Source of the DNA: Haliotis rufescens
Lineage: Eukaryota
DNA length: 64,000 nt
Direction: 5' to 3'
NCBI RefSeq assembly: GCF_023055435.1
Contig: NW_025963857.1
Coordinates: 23,312,001 to 23,376,000, forward strand
Position numbers and translations under genes: made by a program. Of the stretch, positions 1 through 13,700 are shown in pieces (within the stretch, counting starts at the first letter, position 1; each line of letters opens with the position of its first letter). The notes beneath the pieces were generated by a model. The model had not been told where the DNA came from, did not search any database, and saw only the letters and a program-made list of their open reading frames with translations.

Positions 1-195
1 AAACTGTGTCTGAGTGGGGTATTCATGTTAAACTGCGGCATGGTATTTCAGTGAGCTACCACTATAAATCGTCATTAGTCCGGACTGGTACAAGCAGCCA
101 GCCTCACCCACACACACGTGCATGCACGTCGCTATATAAGTGCAATAATCTTTGACGCGACGTTAAACCCAATTTCACCTCACCTCACATCACAT
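1..195 (+). mobile_element. 3' part of a fourth SINE family
   Basis: catgttaaactgcggcatggtatttcagtgagcta..cgacgttaaaccc + (CACCT)n tail; inverted relative at ~11790-12065. Confidence 0.65.
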
Positions 196-1364
196 GAGAG
201 AAATTAACATGAATAGGCTAAATAATAACAACAAAAGGATAGTACTGCAACATGATGGACAGAGAACACAGAGACGAGAAAGCAAATGAACAGGAAGCCA
301 ATTAAACAAGGGTCTCCGACTATATCATGAGCATGATGAAATAGACTGGTAATCAGTCCTACTGGACTCAGTTCAAATCACAAGTAAGTTCAGTATTATC
401 TACATAAATGTACTGTCGCTAAGCCTCTTTGAAGAAATACAATCAGCAACGACGGGATGCTATCGTTTATGGCAATATTGAAACTGATAGTAAATTTATC
501 AATTCAGATTCCGCATCCTTGAATCCACAGACGGTTCGCGAGGTTGTTTTGTGTTGTTGAATCAATATTGTTTAACGCCACAGTCAGGAAAGTTCCAGCT
601 ACATCACGGCGACCTCTAAATACCTGGGCCAGATAAACAGGTGATTGATGTTATGAACAACGCCAAACTCCCATCGGGTACACTGACACGACAAATCACA
701 CAGACTGACCACCTGACCCAATACAATCGCTTCTCCAAACAAGCAATACAGTGTCACCATGAACTTTGGTTTCACGGGGCACAAAATTAAGCAGTTTTAC
801 TATTATACATTACAAAAAGTAATGGCAGATATGCATTAATATACATCATCACTCAGATGCAATCATCAAGAAGATTATGATTATGTTGAATAAATATGTT
901 ATCCAGACAGATAATTATGTTTCCCGTCGTTACGCAGCTTGTCAATATATCAACAATTTCACATTTGCTCTCGTCAACAAGCATTAACACAATCGCGATA
1001 TAGCGTGACAAAGCAAGGATGTCATCACTTGCAGACCACAACATGACAGGGACTGCAGCAGGTGATTGCAAAGATTGATGTGAAATCAAAACGTCAACGA
1101 GAGAGAATAATCAGTCTCGGTTATCTGCAGGGCGTAAAAGGCAAAATAGCCTTGAAACTTATATGCATGGATAAATGAAAATTCAGTCATGAGACAATGT
1201 GTTCGCGAAAAGGTAAGCATGTCGTGTCCTACACTCGCCACTCACACAATTTTCATAGAATGGCCATGTATGTCAGAACTGAGTTTGTGGGCTTCCCACT
1301 ATTTGAAAAAACAATAGGATGTTGTCACTATAGGTTAATAAGGCCAGACCAGGGTTTGTTAAAC

Positions 1365-1590
1365 GTTTGTGTGTTTGTTTGTTTGTTTGTTTGGAATATT
1401 CAAGCTATATGACGGTGGTCTGTAAATAATCGAGTCTGGACCAGACAATCTAGTGATTGATATCTTGAGCATCGATCCCCGCAATTGGGATACGATGACA
1501 TGCATCAACCAAGTCAGCGAGCCTCACCACCCGATCCCGTTAGTCTCCTCTAACGACAAGCATACATGTAGGTTGCTGAAGACCTATTCC
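1365..1590 (-). mobile_element. Headless SINE-like copy (partial)
   Basis: Core ggtctgtaaataatcgagtctggaccagacaatc..caaccaagtcagcgagcct; an older decayed relative at ~545-780. Confidence 0.85.
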
Positions 1591-2819
1591 AAGACGTGTA
1601 TGCGGTCATAGCTTTCATACTTTCCCATCCATTAACATTGCATACTAAATGATTAATTTTATACACATTTGTAAAAATATATTCTAGCAGCTTCAATGTG
1701 GGAAGCATTAGAATGATAGCTTTTGGACAGTGATTCAGAAATACATGCATGTTATTTATCATACTCTTATAAATATCATACTCTGCTTTTAACAGATATG
1801 TCTTAATATTATGGAATAGAGTTTTGTTGCTTTTATTTATTCACACATAATACACATATTGGGCATCGAACCCTAGAGTTAAGGGTAACGGGCAAACGCT
1901 TTATCCGCTAGGCCACACCTCCTTGACCTTGTAGCCGATATGTTGGCTTAAAATTGGCTTTAAAAACAAATCTTTACTAATCGCATCGTTTCCAAAGTTT
2001 GATGCAGACACTTTTGTTCATTCGTTATGAGCAGATGTCTTTGTTGGTGCACAAGTTTCCTTTTCAAAAATCCCATTCACCAGTTTCAATCTGCAGCTTA
2101 CGAACAGTTTTCGGTTTGTCAGGGAATTTGATACATGCTGTCTTGGTATTATGTGATTAAAATCAATCGGACACCAAGCTCATCTGGTGCAACTTTTACT
2201 TCCAAGATCATTTCCTTAAATTTTGTTCATTAATTAGATCGGTTCTTTTTTTACCTTCATTAAAAAAAAGCACGTTTTTAACAGAATCGGGGGAATCCTT
2301 TGACAGTGCCAATTCTACAAAAAGGCTAAAGCCAAGTTCAGTTTGAAATTTGCGAACCCGGTCTGCTCTCGAAAATCTTCAGGAGGAAAAGATCAATTGA
2401 TGCATTACCACAGGAACTAACTGACTTTCACTTCGACGACATGGATCGGTTTGCTCACTTGACCAACCATCGGCTTTCTCTCTCAAGTTCCAGCTCTTAC
2501 AAGACTCCCAGATATAGCTGAAAGATAGATTGTACCTGCTGCTATGGAATCTGAGCTCAACAATCTTACATCCTACTGCGGCAAATAAAGATACAGCAGT
2601 TTAAACGGATATAGAGTCTTCTGATATCTGGCTGCATAGTATTACTTGGGAGAAGGAGACCCAGGTGGCCTGATGGTCAAAGCGTTACGACAAAGGGCTA
2701 GGTTCGATTTTCTACATGGGTACAATGTGTGACGCCTATTTTTCTGTCAGATGACATTCATGGAAAAGACTCAGCAACGGATAACGCACTGGCTGTGTTA
2801 CGAGACTTAGTGGTGATTT

Positions 2820-3076
2820 TTGTTTTTGTCTGTTTGTTGTTTAACGCCGCTCTCGGCAATATTCCAGCTATATGACGGCGATCTGTTAATAATCAAGTCT
2901 GGACCAGACAATCTAGTGACCTCATGAGCATCGATCCCCGCAATTGGGATACGATGACATGCATCAACCAAGTCAGCGAGCCTGACCACCAGATCCCGTT
3001 AGTCGCCTCTTACGACAAGCATAGTCGCCTTTTGCGGCAAGCATGGGTTGCTGAAGACCTATTCTACCCCGGATCT
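2820..3076 (-). mobile_element. Headless SINE-like copy
   Basis: High identity to 14069-14329. Confidence 0.88.
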
Positions 3077-3783
3077 ATGTACATTTTACATATTATCAAT
3101 ATCATGGACGCTTCACAACTCCAAACACGTGTTTACAAGACTGGTATGACATACGAACTGTGAACATAGCATAGTATGTATGAATTCACACGCGGTGAAG
3201 CGTCAAATCTCCTGGTTTCATCAGAAGCCTGTTATTGTGATTTGTAACCTCTGACAAAACTCTCGTATTTCCCACAAACTACTATCCTGTTTAATGTTTT
3301 GATGTACACACAGCATCAGAAAGCTGCTAGGTGTTTCCGTGGCAAAAACGAAACGATGAAAACTGAACCCACAAGACATGCTCAGCTGGTACAATAAGAC
3401 TGACGCGGTGGAAGGGCGACTACTCTGTTCTGGTAGTAAAGCTTCGTCGAGTTCAACCTTCACTGTCACAAAAAGCAGTTCAATCCTCGAGAAGAATAAG
3501 TATTTTCCGGCTCAAATAACAATGTACATACTTTACATGTGGGTGTACATAATTCAAATAAGCAACAGCGACATTATTCATTCCACAATGCAAAATGCAG
3601 AGTCGACTGTACGCTTCCGAATATATCATAAGCATGCGTTTATGAAACACTATCAAAAAATGATAGTACCAGGTGTTCGAGAACATTGAACGTATCCTAC
3701 CTCACCGGTGGCTCCCGTCACAAACACAAGCAAAGGCAAGTAAATTGTTCCCCTGAAAAAACCACGGGAACATCTTACTATAA

Positions 3784-3940
3784 NNNNNNNNNNNNNNNNN
3801 NNNNNNNNNNNNNNNNNNNNNNNNNNNNNNNNNNNNNNNNNNNNNNNNNNNNNNNNNNNNNNNNNNNNNNNNNNNNNNNNNNNNNNNNNNNNNNNNNNNN
3901 NNNNNNNNNNNNNNNNNNNNNNNNNNNNNNNNNNNNNNNN
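3784..3940. other. Assembly gap (157 N)
   Basis: Run of N. Confidence 1.
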
Positions 3941-4364
3941 TCACGCACAATATAGTAATAATTACATAAGTGGAGTAAGATTGAACACAGTCTTAATTGG
4001 TTGGCGCTTTCAACTAGTACCACGTACGAGTCTCATCAGGCTCATCATCAATCTTGCTCTTTTTGAAAAAATGTAGGTTCATGATCAAAACTTAGCTTAT
4101 ATAGCTAAATGTTTTATACCATTGTTTCCGGGAATGAATAAAACCCGCCTTGCTGAACGGGTTTCCTACTGCATCAAAATTATCCGCAAAGCTAATTGAA
4201 GATAGCATACAGAAGGCGCTTAGTATTGAGAATGAAGACTTGACATATGGCTGTCAGCTTCTTTCAAAGCGACGTTTCGGTTCAAGTGCTTTAGTGAATC
4301 CTGACACACCTGACTGTACACAACTCTGCATGCCCCGACATTGTAATAATGTCATCACTCTTCA

Positions 4365-4880
4365 TCACAAAATCGGGTGCTGGATTGAAATCTCAGACAA
4401 GAAACATGTTAAGATATATATTATTCATTACTATAAACATGCAACGATGCAAAAAAAAAAATTTAAATAATCGCCAGACGGATGCTCTAAAAAAAGAAAA
4501 AAAGTTGAGAAGACTTCTTTTTGAAGTGGGGGTAAAATTGACTGCCCGAAGCGCTCCACAAATATCACTAACCACATCCATGTATAATTATAACTGGACA
4601 CAACTCCGCAGGCTCCTATATTGTAATAAAGTTTGTTCTCTATGGAGATTTATGCACACAATCGGGTCATAGATTGGTATCTCACACAGGAAATATGTTA
4701 AGGTTTATTTTTTTCATTATGTTAAACATCCAACGATGCAAACAAGTAAAAACACATTTTCACCAGATTGACGCTTAAAAACACACCAAATGCTAAGAAG
4801 ACTTCTGGGCTGGGAGTATAACATAACTGACCTCAGCGCTCCAGAAATATCGCAAACCATACCTATGCATATGTACATGT
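4365..4880. repeat. Old diverged tandem duplication, two ~230-bp copies about 290 bp apart
   Basis: Shared blocks aatcgggt, atgttaag, aaacatScaacgatgcaaa, agaagacttct, agcgctccaSaaatatc. Confidence 0.75.
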
Positions 4881-5750
4881 ATGGCAGTGGATAAATTCCC
4901 AACGTCCACAGCCGAGAATTCTAGCGGAAAGGTGCGAAGTTGGCTAAGTTAACGTGAACACATCCAACGCCCTCGCATAGTAAAATCGGACATGCTCGGT
5001 TAAATTAGCTTAACTGCATTTGAAAGGTGTTCCGTTTCAAGTTTCGAACTAAAATCTGGAAAAAGGGATATTCATTTTCGATATAGTTGTACGTTGTGAA
5101 CTTTTGATTTTTTGCGAGGGCAAGGAATAGTTAAATGGCGACCACATTCAGTTTCTAAATTGTGAAAACTTAATGCGATCAATGAGTCAATGTTGTCCTT
5201 AATTTATTTACGGTAATACTATTCAAATAGTTCTCACATGAAATGGATATTTTAAAATGTCGATAGAGAGCTCTTTTAACACTTTCAGATAAATCACAAT
5301 GCAAAAACTGTAAAACAAATCCGCTAAAGCACATGTACCATTTTCAAAAATGCAGTTTTAGTACCATATTTGAAAGGGACAGGCAGACATCACAAAATTC
5401 TAATTAAAAAACAATAAGAGTTAGTTTTCGTTACCCAGTTTACATGGCCTTGTTCAACGTACAAAGATAAACACATTATAACATTGGGGGTAAACAAGAT
5501 TCCTGCCTATTGATAAGAGGCAATCAATATTTGATGCATATCAAAACTTTGCATAATTGAATAGGATATTTACCAACTTAGTCTAACATCCCATTATTTT
5601 AAGTTCATAACTTAACATTTAATAACAACACGCTTACAGACATACAGTCGGCCCGGTATAAAAGTACTGGTGTTATATTGTGCATCACATCAGCTGTACG
5701 TAACATCAATCAATGGTTTGTCTGGTCCAGATTGGATTACAAGGAAAGTG

Positions 5751-6005
5751 TTTGTTTTTTGCCGCACTCAGCAATCTTCCAGCTATATGACCGCGGTCTG
5801 TAAATAATCGAGTCTGGACTAGACACTCCAGTGATTGACATCATGAGCATCGATCCACACAATTGGGATACGATGACATGCATCAACCAAGTCAGCGAGC
5901 CTGACCACCCGATCCCGTTAGTCACCTCTTACGACAAGCATAGTTGCCTTTTACGGCAAGCATGGGTTCTGAAGACCTACTCTACCCCGGATCTTCACGG
6001 GCCTC
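5751..6005 (-). mobile_element. Headless SINE-like copy
   Basis: High identity to family; TSD acaagRaaagtg. Confidence 0.88.
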
Positions 6006-6877
6006 ACAAGAAAAGTGAGGCCAGAATGGTTTCCAGGACTGTATTCGGCTTAATTAACAAGACCATGAACACCAACCAGCAGATCCTTGCAGCTGTACAG
6101 CGAGATGTTACAAGACGAATGTAATTAATGTAAGATTATTGTCATAAAGTTAGGATGCCTCAGCCTCATACGACCACCATGTCTCGCTGGGGTCAAATTC
6201 TAACCAGGAATCTAAATGGTGGATTTAGTGTTTATCATGTTGATAATGTCATTCGTCAAACCATTGAATTGGCAAAATATCTGGCCAACTATTTTTGTTT
6301 GTGGTCATAGATGTAAGGTTCAGAACCAGCACCAATAAGGATTTCAAATACTCTTATGCACTGAATAAGAAAACTGGAAAGACCATTGTAGTCACAAAAA
6401 CAATGACGGAACAACGTACGATTAATGACGTCATGTTGGCCATTTTAGCTTAAAGACACTGCTTCGCCCCTTCGCTAAAACCACAAGGTTAAGTATGGAT
6501 AAAAATTGGATTGTTACATTTATGATGCAGCCCGCTGAAACACTCTTGAAACACTCGGACACTCTTGCCTAAAATCAGTGCAAAACAGAGACTCGTGAAA
6601 TATTCTCTTTGTGGCAAATATCTACATAAAGGCATTCATTGACAATTGTGCCAATGAGAGTGAGTTTGACTATTTGTCGTATTTAACAGTATTTCAGTTA
6701 TACAATATGGGGTGTGATTTGGGAAGGCCGAAAGTGATGCGGGTCTTAGATAACTTTAACAACTTTGGTGAAATCCACGATCTTGTGCCATGGTGCTGAC
6801 AAACTTCGGGAATCGGGAATTCGAACCCACGATCATAGGAATAATTCTTTCTCACCGGACTCACGATTAGTAGTATT

Positions 6878-7131
6878 TTGTTATGTTTTTTTTTTTGTTG
6901 TTGTTGTTTAACGCCTCACTCAGCAATATTCCAGCTATATGACGGCAGTCTGTAAATTATCGAGTCTGAACCAGACAATCCAGTGACTGACATCATGAGC
7001 AACGATCCACGCAATTGGGAATACGATGACATCCACCAACCAAGTCAGCGAGCGTGACCACAGGATCCCGTTAGTCGCCTCTTACGACAAGCATAGTCGC
7101 TTTTTCCGGCAAGCATGGGTTGCTAAAGACT
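6878..7131 (-). mobile_element. Headless SINE-like copy just 3' of the nAChR-like stop codon
   Basis: Family identity; TSD gattagtagta. Confidence 0.85.
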
Positions 7132-7134
7132 GAT

Positions 7135-7200
7135 TAGTAGTAGTAGCAGCAGTAGTAGTAGTAGTAGTAGTAGTAGTAGTTGCTGTTGTTGTAGTAGTAG
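7135..7200. repeat. (AGT)n microsatellite
   Basis: Direct read. Confidence 0.95.
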
Positions 7201-7223
7201 GTGTAAAATAATGTCCCACTGAA

Positions 7224-7561
7224 CTAAAAAGACATCAATACCCCGATTATTACAGTCACAAGTATCACAGCCAATAGAAAAACAACAAAACATATTTTGT
7301 TCAGAAATTCAGCGACCACCGGCCAAGTCAATGGTACATTTTCACGACCTTTGCCCCTGGTACTCATATCACTTTTGTTGAATAGTTCGGATTCCTCGTT
7401 ACTTTTCATCCTCTCAGGCGCTAAGTCCTGGCGCTTAGCTGCAAGCCACGTCATCCACCTGGGAACGCGGTGTTCGGGTGGGAGTCTGTATATGCACAAA
7501 ATGATGACGTTGCCTACTACAGAGAGGAAGCTGATAAAACTTTGTATGGATGCCAGTAACA
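7224..7561 (-). CDS. nAChR-like exon 6 (M3, short cytoplasmic loop, M4, stop)
   Basis: tttgtttcag| acceptor; VLLASIQSFISFLSVVGNVIIL...WPVVAEFLNKICFVVFLLAVILVTVIIGVLMSF*. Confidence 0.92.
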
Positions 7562-7730
7562 CTGAAACAAAAACAGGTAGTATTATACACAGTTATCTTG
7601 TGTCAGTGAAAGGTTTTAAAAAATAAACAAAGTAATTATAATGTGTAATGCTATAACATGGCTAACCGGGACCCTGTTAGTTTGGAAAGCCCGAAATCGG
7701 GTCCTCCGAAAGCGCTCGTTAAATCTTCGA

Positions 7731-7765
<35 letters not shown>

Positions 7766-10700
7766 ACGTACTATCCCGGACAATTTGACTGACCATGATA
7801 CTCTCCGGAAAAGTTACTCTCGGCCAATATATACCCAAAGGAATATCACTCACGCGGACGACTTCACTGTGCACCACGCCGCCCGGATTAACGATGTTTC
7901 ACGGTTTATCGGAATATTTCATAGATAAAAGATCGACCCAAGCATGAAATTGTGCAGTTTGTATCTATCAGATATGCAGAGCCGAAACACCTAGCTACTC
8001 AGATTTACGGGTTCTTTCAATGAATGGAGTACCCGGCCTGTGCACAGGGCAAAGACAGTTCTACATTCATGAACAAGGGGCAGATAATCTATAACTCCGA
8101 GGAGGTATCACCTATGTGACCCATCGTCAGTATAACAGTGAGTGAGTGAGTTGGGTTTAACGCCGCTTTTAACAGTATTCCAGTTACACCACGGCGTGTC
8201 AGCTTAATGTGGGAGGAAAGCCCGACGTGATGCAGGTCTCAGACGTTTAACGCTTCGGTGAAACCCACGAGCACGGGTATGGTGCTGACAAACCTAGAAA
8301 CATAATCGGGGCGAACCGGGATTCGAACCCACAATCACAGGTTTCTGGCGAGCCCAAGGGGCGCAACTCTGCACAGCGAAACGCGGCGCCTTAGACGACT
8401 GGGCCACCCGTGCCCCCCGTCAGTATAACAAAGACCATGAGGAAGTTAGATATAAAACATGTCCCCCCAAAACGAAACTTCACTGAAGTGGACCTTTTAA
8501 ACCGATTACGTAAGGCTATCTGTTTGTGACATCCTTAACTATAGTGAGCGGGTGAGTTAGGATTGGCGTCGCTTTGAACTGTATTCCATTTATATCATAG
8601 CTTGTAAGCTTGACGGGAAGGAAAAGAGGAAGTGATGCAGGTCTTAGACGTTTACCACTTTGGTGAAACCTTTGAGTATGGTGCAGACAAACCAAGAAGC
8701 AAAATCGGTGCGAACCGGTTCTGAACGAGAGATGATCATGATATTTAGCAGTGAAAAGCGCAATGTGATTGTATGCCGCTTAGACTTAGCCTGGGAATCG
8801 CTAAAATGCTCAGGTTATTAAACAAGCTTTTACAACAAATGATTCAAGTTATAGAATTGACGGCAAAATATTGCCATGTGGATGACATCCTACATATAAA
8901 CACAAATATTTGTTTAGCATGCAAAGTTTACCTTTTGCCATTCTTCTTTGATCATGTTTCCTTAATATTTCATTAATAACGAAGTTTGATTACGTAATTA
9001 TATGGTAATTCAGCTGACATAAACGTACTATGTCACAGCTAATACGTTGTGTTATATCTCTATTAGGAATCTTGCAATTCAATTGGTTAATCCTTACCAG
9101 GTAACGAAACAATAAATTTCAATGTTGACCCCACATCATGTGACAGACACTGACCTCGAGTATTGACTCGTCACATGATCAGTATTGGCCTGTCACGTGA
9201 TGAATATTCACTCGTCTGCTAGAAAACAAGATGGCGTCTGGCACGTAAACATATTACGGTTCTCAGCTTACAGGGGACGGCTTAAATGCTTCATAAACTT
9301 TAAAGTGAATTTCGGTATAACAAAACTTATGAATACTCTTGGAGAGGTCAATATACGAACATATTGACCCTCAGTCCCGACCACCTCAGGGGCTCATTCG
9401 AGCAGTATCAGGGGACACCTGGTGGCCTTCATATATCGCACCCGATACTTCAAATTGACGAGCGAAATATTAAACCACTAGGCCAAGTCATCAATAAGTA
9501 ACAGGGGACAGATTATTCATATACAGCGTTACGTACCAAACCGTGAGACATGGTTCGACAGCTTAGGCAACGTGTCATAGATGGACGACATGAACACAAA
9601 GACTGATAGTAGAGATGTGATGGCCAGGGTCGTCTTCTCCCCACTGTCTGCAGGAACCAGGAAACTCAGAGGACTCAGCAAGGGGAACACCAGCAGTGGG
9701 GACACCAGACACAGCCAGAAGAAGGTTGTCTTCCGCTTAAGAACGACGAAAAAATCTAAACCCTCTAGTGTTTCATTTTCAATATCAGTCATTGTGTGCG
9801 ATGTTGAATTCACCCATCCAGTGATCAAATGAAACTCTCCATTTTGAATATACGCCTGCAGAGATACACCCGTTGTCGAAGTCGTGAGTTGATGCACATT
9901 TGTTGTCATCCATGAAAGTATGTTTATAGAGCACACTTGTGTGTCGAATGGGAAGTATGTAATGTCGACGTTGCAGGTTGTTGTGGCGACGTACCCTGGT
10001 TCCCAAATGACCTTGCCGTTCGATTTGATTAGAACCAAACTTTTGTCGTCTCCCATACGCTTCTTTAAACTAACACTGCAACACCAATGTCACGTATACA
10101 CATCAAATAAATAACATCTAACTATAATAATTATAGTAATATAAATAATAATAATAATTAAAAGCGACAAAACCATTTCCATATTCATAAGAAATCTCGA
10201 TTGTACAAATCCGACTGTATCATGAGCATGTGTTTATGAATCACCATCAAATAGTGATGGCACCAGGGCCCACTTGCACAAAGCGATCTTAGCGCTAATC
10301 CTATCGTATGCCTATGTTAAAGTATGGGAGTTAAGATCATCTTAGCGCTAAGATCGCTTTGTGCAAATGGGCCCAGGTGTTCGCGAAAAGGTGAGCGTAT
10401 CCTGCCCCATTCGGAGGCACCCGTCACAAACACATGCAACGGCAAGTCAGTTGTTCACCTGAAAAAAATTCAAGTCAAAATAGGGAACTGCATCAACATC
10501 ATTTTTGTCAATGATGCGTCAAATTTGGAAATGTCCTCCACATGTCTACCATAAACCTTTTTGAAAGCTATACTGAGGTCTTGAATGTTGTAACCTTGAT
10601 CAAACTTCTGAGCAAGAGTCGTGTGACGCTTTTTGTATTCTTGGTACAAACAGCATGCTCGATTGTATCTCAAATGTTGTGAAATGTAAATGCCAAAGCC

Positions 10701-13700
10701 TGGAGCTGCTGGAATGCTCGACAGAAATGGAAAGTTGACTATTGAAAATTTGAAGTCATCCCTCTTGCCATAGTGTCTTGTTTTTGGACTCTTAATGCAT
10801 TGATCCATATATGAAACAGATGAGGCGGTCTCACTGGTCTCCTTTATTACTTGTTCAGGGGGAAGGAAATTGGATACTAGTACTTGATGGTTATAAGAAA
10901 TCCATTACTCAATTTTAAGAGTCCACTGCATGATTCATAAAGCATGTTTATGAATCACAGTCAAATAGTGATGAATCCAGGTTTTCGCGAAAATGTGAGC
11001 GTATCCTGATTCACCCGTCCCAAACACATGCAAGGGCAAGTCAAATGTTTACCTGAACATAATATATGTCCAAATAGGGTATTGCATCGAACATCATTCT
11101 GTTCACTGATCACATTTGGAACTATCCTCCACATGTCTACGATAAACCGTTTTGAAAGCTTTACAAAGGCACTGAATGCTATAACCCCGATCAAAAGAAC
11201 CTTTAGGCAAGAGTCGTACGGAGGTATCTAATTTATCACTGATATGTATTTTCTGTATTATTTCAGGTCTTGGTTAAACGTATTTAGGGCCTACTTCCTG
11301 GCTCTAGTGGACCTGAACGTTTGGCCGTGATAAGTTTGTTCTCGTTATTCTTTCTCCTTCTATGTGGTCAGGTCAAGACAGACATGAATTCACATCTAGC
11401 AGCTGCCACATCTGCTTTGCATCACGATCAGCTTGTCATCAGCTCTGCCTAAAGAGTTCAATGTTTGAAAACAGAAAAATCACTTTTTTTCAGTATTTAG
11501 TCAATTTCTAAAAAATATAGTGAATCAGTATTGGTGAAAGTAATCATTATTGCATTGAATTACTTACTCATTGTCAATGACGTAATCAGGTGTCCATATC
11601 ATGTTTGCAGCGTAAGTAATGTATTCCACATCCCCATATTCCTCTGGTGTCCATACCAGAAACTCGTCCATCCAGGTCTGAGTCGGGAAATGTTCAAACA
11701 AATATATTACAGATAACGCGAGTAATGTAAACGTTAGGAAGATATAATGGTTACATAAGCTTCAGAAGGCCTTTCTGTTTGGTGAGATATATGAGGGTTT
11801 AACGTCGCGTTCAAGGTTATTGCATTTCCATAGCAACGTGCATGCGCGTGTGTATGCAGCTGCAAGTTCTTGTCCCAACTTATATGCCAGTTTGATAGTA
11901 CTAGCCCACTGAGACACCATGCCGCAGTTTAACATGGCTAACCCTCAGACACAGTAAACTGACTCCTAGTCGAACAGTTCTTGTTTTATCCCCTTAATGC
12001 CGAAAGCCAGGCAGGGTACTATCTTTTTACGTCTATTGGTATGACGCGTCCACGGGTTCCTCTCACAAAGCTTGATGGTGATGATAATGTTATTTTGACT
12101 AAAGTATGCTCAGCTTCAGTGCCCGTGTAAAGGTCGGGCCAAATAAAAAGCAGCACGTCAAAGCAACGTGTGTTTACCCCACACTGATGATGAGGCAGCA
12201 CAAACAAAACCACTAGATGTGGATACATAGAAGATGGGAGGATACAATAAGACTTCGGGTTACATCGTAAAATCCAAGAGTGAGTGAGTATGGGTTTACG
12301 CCGCTTTTAGCAATATTCCAGCAATATCACGGCGGGGGACACCAGAAATGGGCTTCACACGGTGTACCCATGTCGGGAATCGAACCCGGGTCTTTGGCGT
12401 GACGAGCGAACGCTTTTACCACTAGGCTACCCGACCGCCCCTTAAAATCCAAGAAAAACAAGTAACAGATTTCTGATTTAAGTTATATACACAGACACAC
12501 ATATGAACATCAAATGACATAACATCAATAGATGAGGAAAAGTCTTTTAAAAGGGAAGCACGCGAGGTATGCATTGAACAATATTCAAGTTAACTAAAAG
12601 TGGTACATCCTAACAGAAATACCACATGGTTGGATTGTTCGATCAGTAAACGAATACTGACTAGTATGAATGATTGGAGGCTCTGTTTGTTTTCATATTT
12701 GGCATGCGCAGTAGACGATCGCGACCAGAAGGTAAAAAAGCTCATAGTCCGAAAACAAGAACTGTCACTTAAAATATTGTGCCCGTTTATTACAATTTGC
12801 TGCTCATAATACATGTCGATATTTTGTCAAAGGAAATTATGTGCGAGAATTTTTTACAATTTTGTGATTTATATGTTTGTTTAAAACAGGCAGACCCCCA
12901 TACCAGCAGTGGAAACTGAAGGTAAAATTCTTTGTATAAAGGTTTTATGAAACGAGGACATAAAAGTAGGATCAATAATAACATGCCTAAAGCGACGAAG
13001 AAATAAAGTTTTCACTGGCCCTTAACAAGAGAGTACTCTACTGTTACAGGCCAAAATACCATGAACAGAAAACGACTGGAAAATATACAAACCATACTGC
13101 AGTTCCTTTAAAAGAGATCATAACAACTAAAGTAGTTGGTTGTTTGTTTGTTGTCTTACGCCGCACTCAGCAATATTCCAGCTATATGACGGCGGTCTGT
13201 AATTAATCGAGTCTGGACCAGACAATCCAGTGACTGACATCATGAGCATCGATCAACCAAGTCAGCGTGCCTGACCCCTCGATCCCGTTAGTCGCCTCTA
13301 ACGACAAGCAAAGTCGCCTTGTACCACAAGTATTGGTTGCTGAAGACCCATTCTTACCCGGATCTCCACGGGTCACAACCAAAGTAAAGAGTAACCAAAA
13401 GATAGTTTGCGAATAAAAAAATGAATGTAGTACACCAGTTACCAGTTGTTTTGTGATATCTCAACTTATATTAACAAAGTTGTCTATCTGTCTGGAATTG
13501 AGGTCACAAGTAGGGGATTCTCCTTCGCGTTTGGGCAGAAAAAAAACATGTTTATTTTATTTTTTAAATGTTATTGCTTTCGCGTTGCGTCAGAGTGGGT
13601 AACATGACTACCGAAGCGAGTATGTTTGCTGCCGGTGCACCGCGCGACTTTAGCGTGGCTCGTCCTTTACAAGAAAGAATACATTATTTTGTATCCCAAG

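Noticed and set aside
1085-1150. Short similarity to array spacer ~34260-34335 (cgtcaacg..agagaata..ttatctg..gtaaaaggcaa)
   Set aside because: Probably an old dispersed repeat fragment; too short to show a relationship to the array
3686-4023. ORFs spanning 3784-3940
   Set aside because: Artefacts of the N gap
4262-4318. Second hammerhead-like CCGAAACGTCGC motif
   Set aside because: No recognisable CUGANGA core and no adjacent PLE coding remnant
7641-7928. Poly-His ORF
   Set aside because: Intronic (CAT)n microsatellite on the antisense strand
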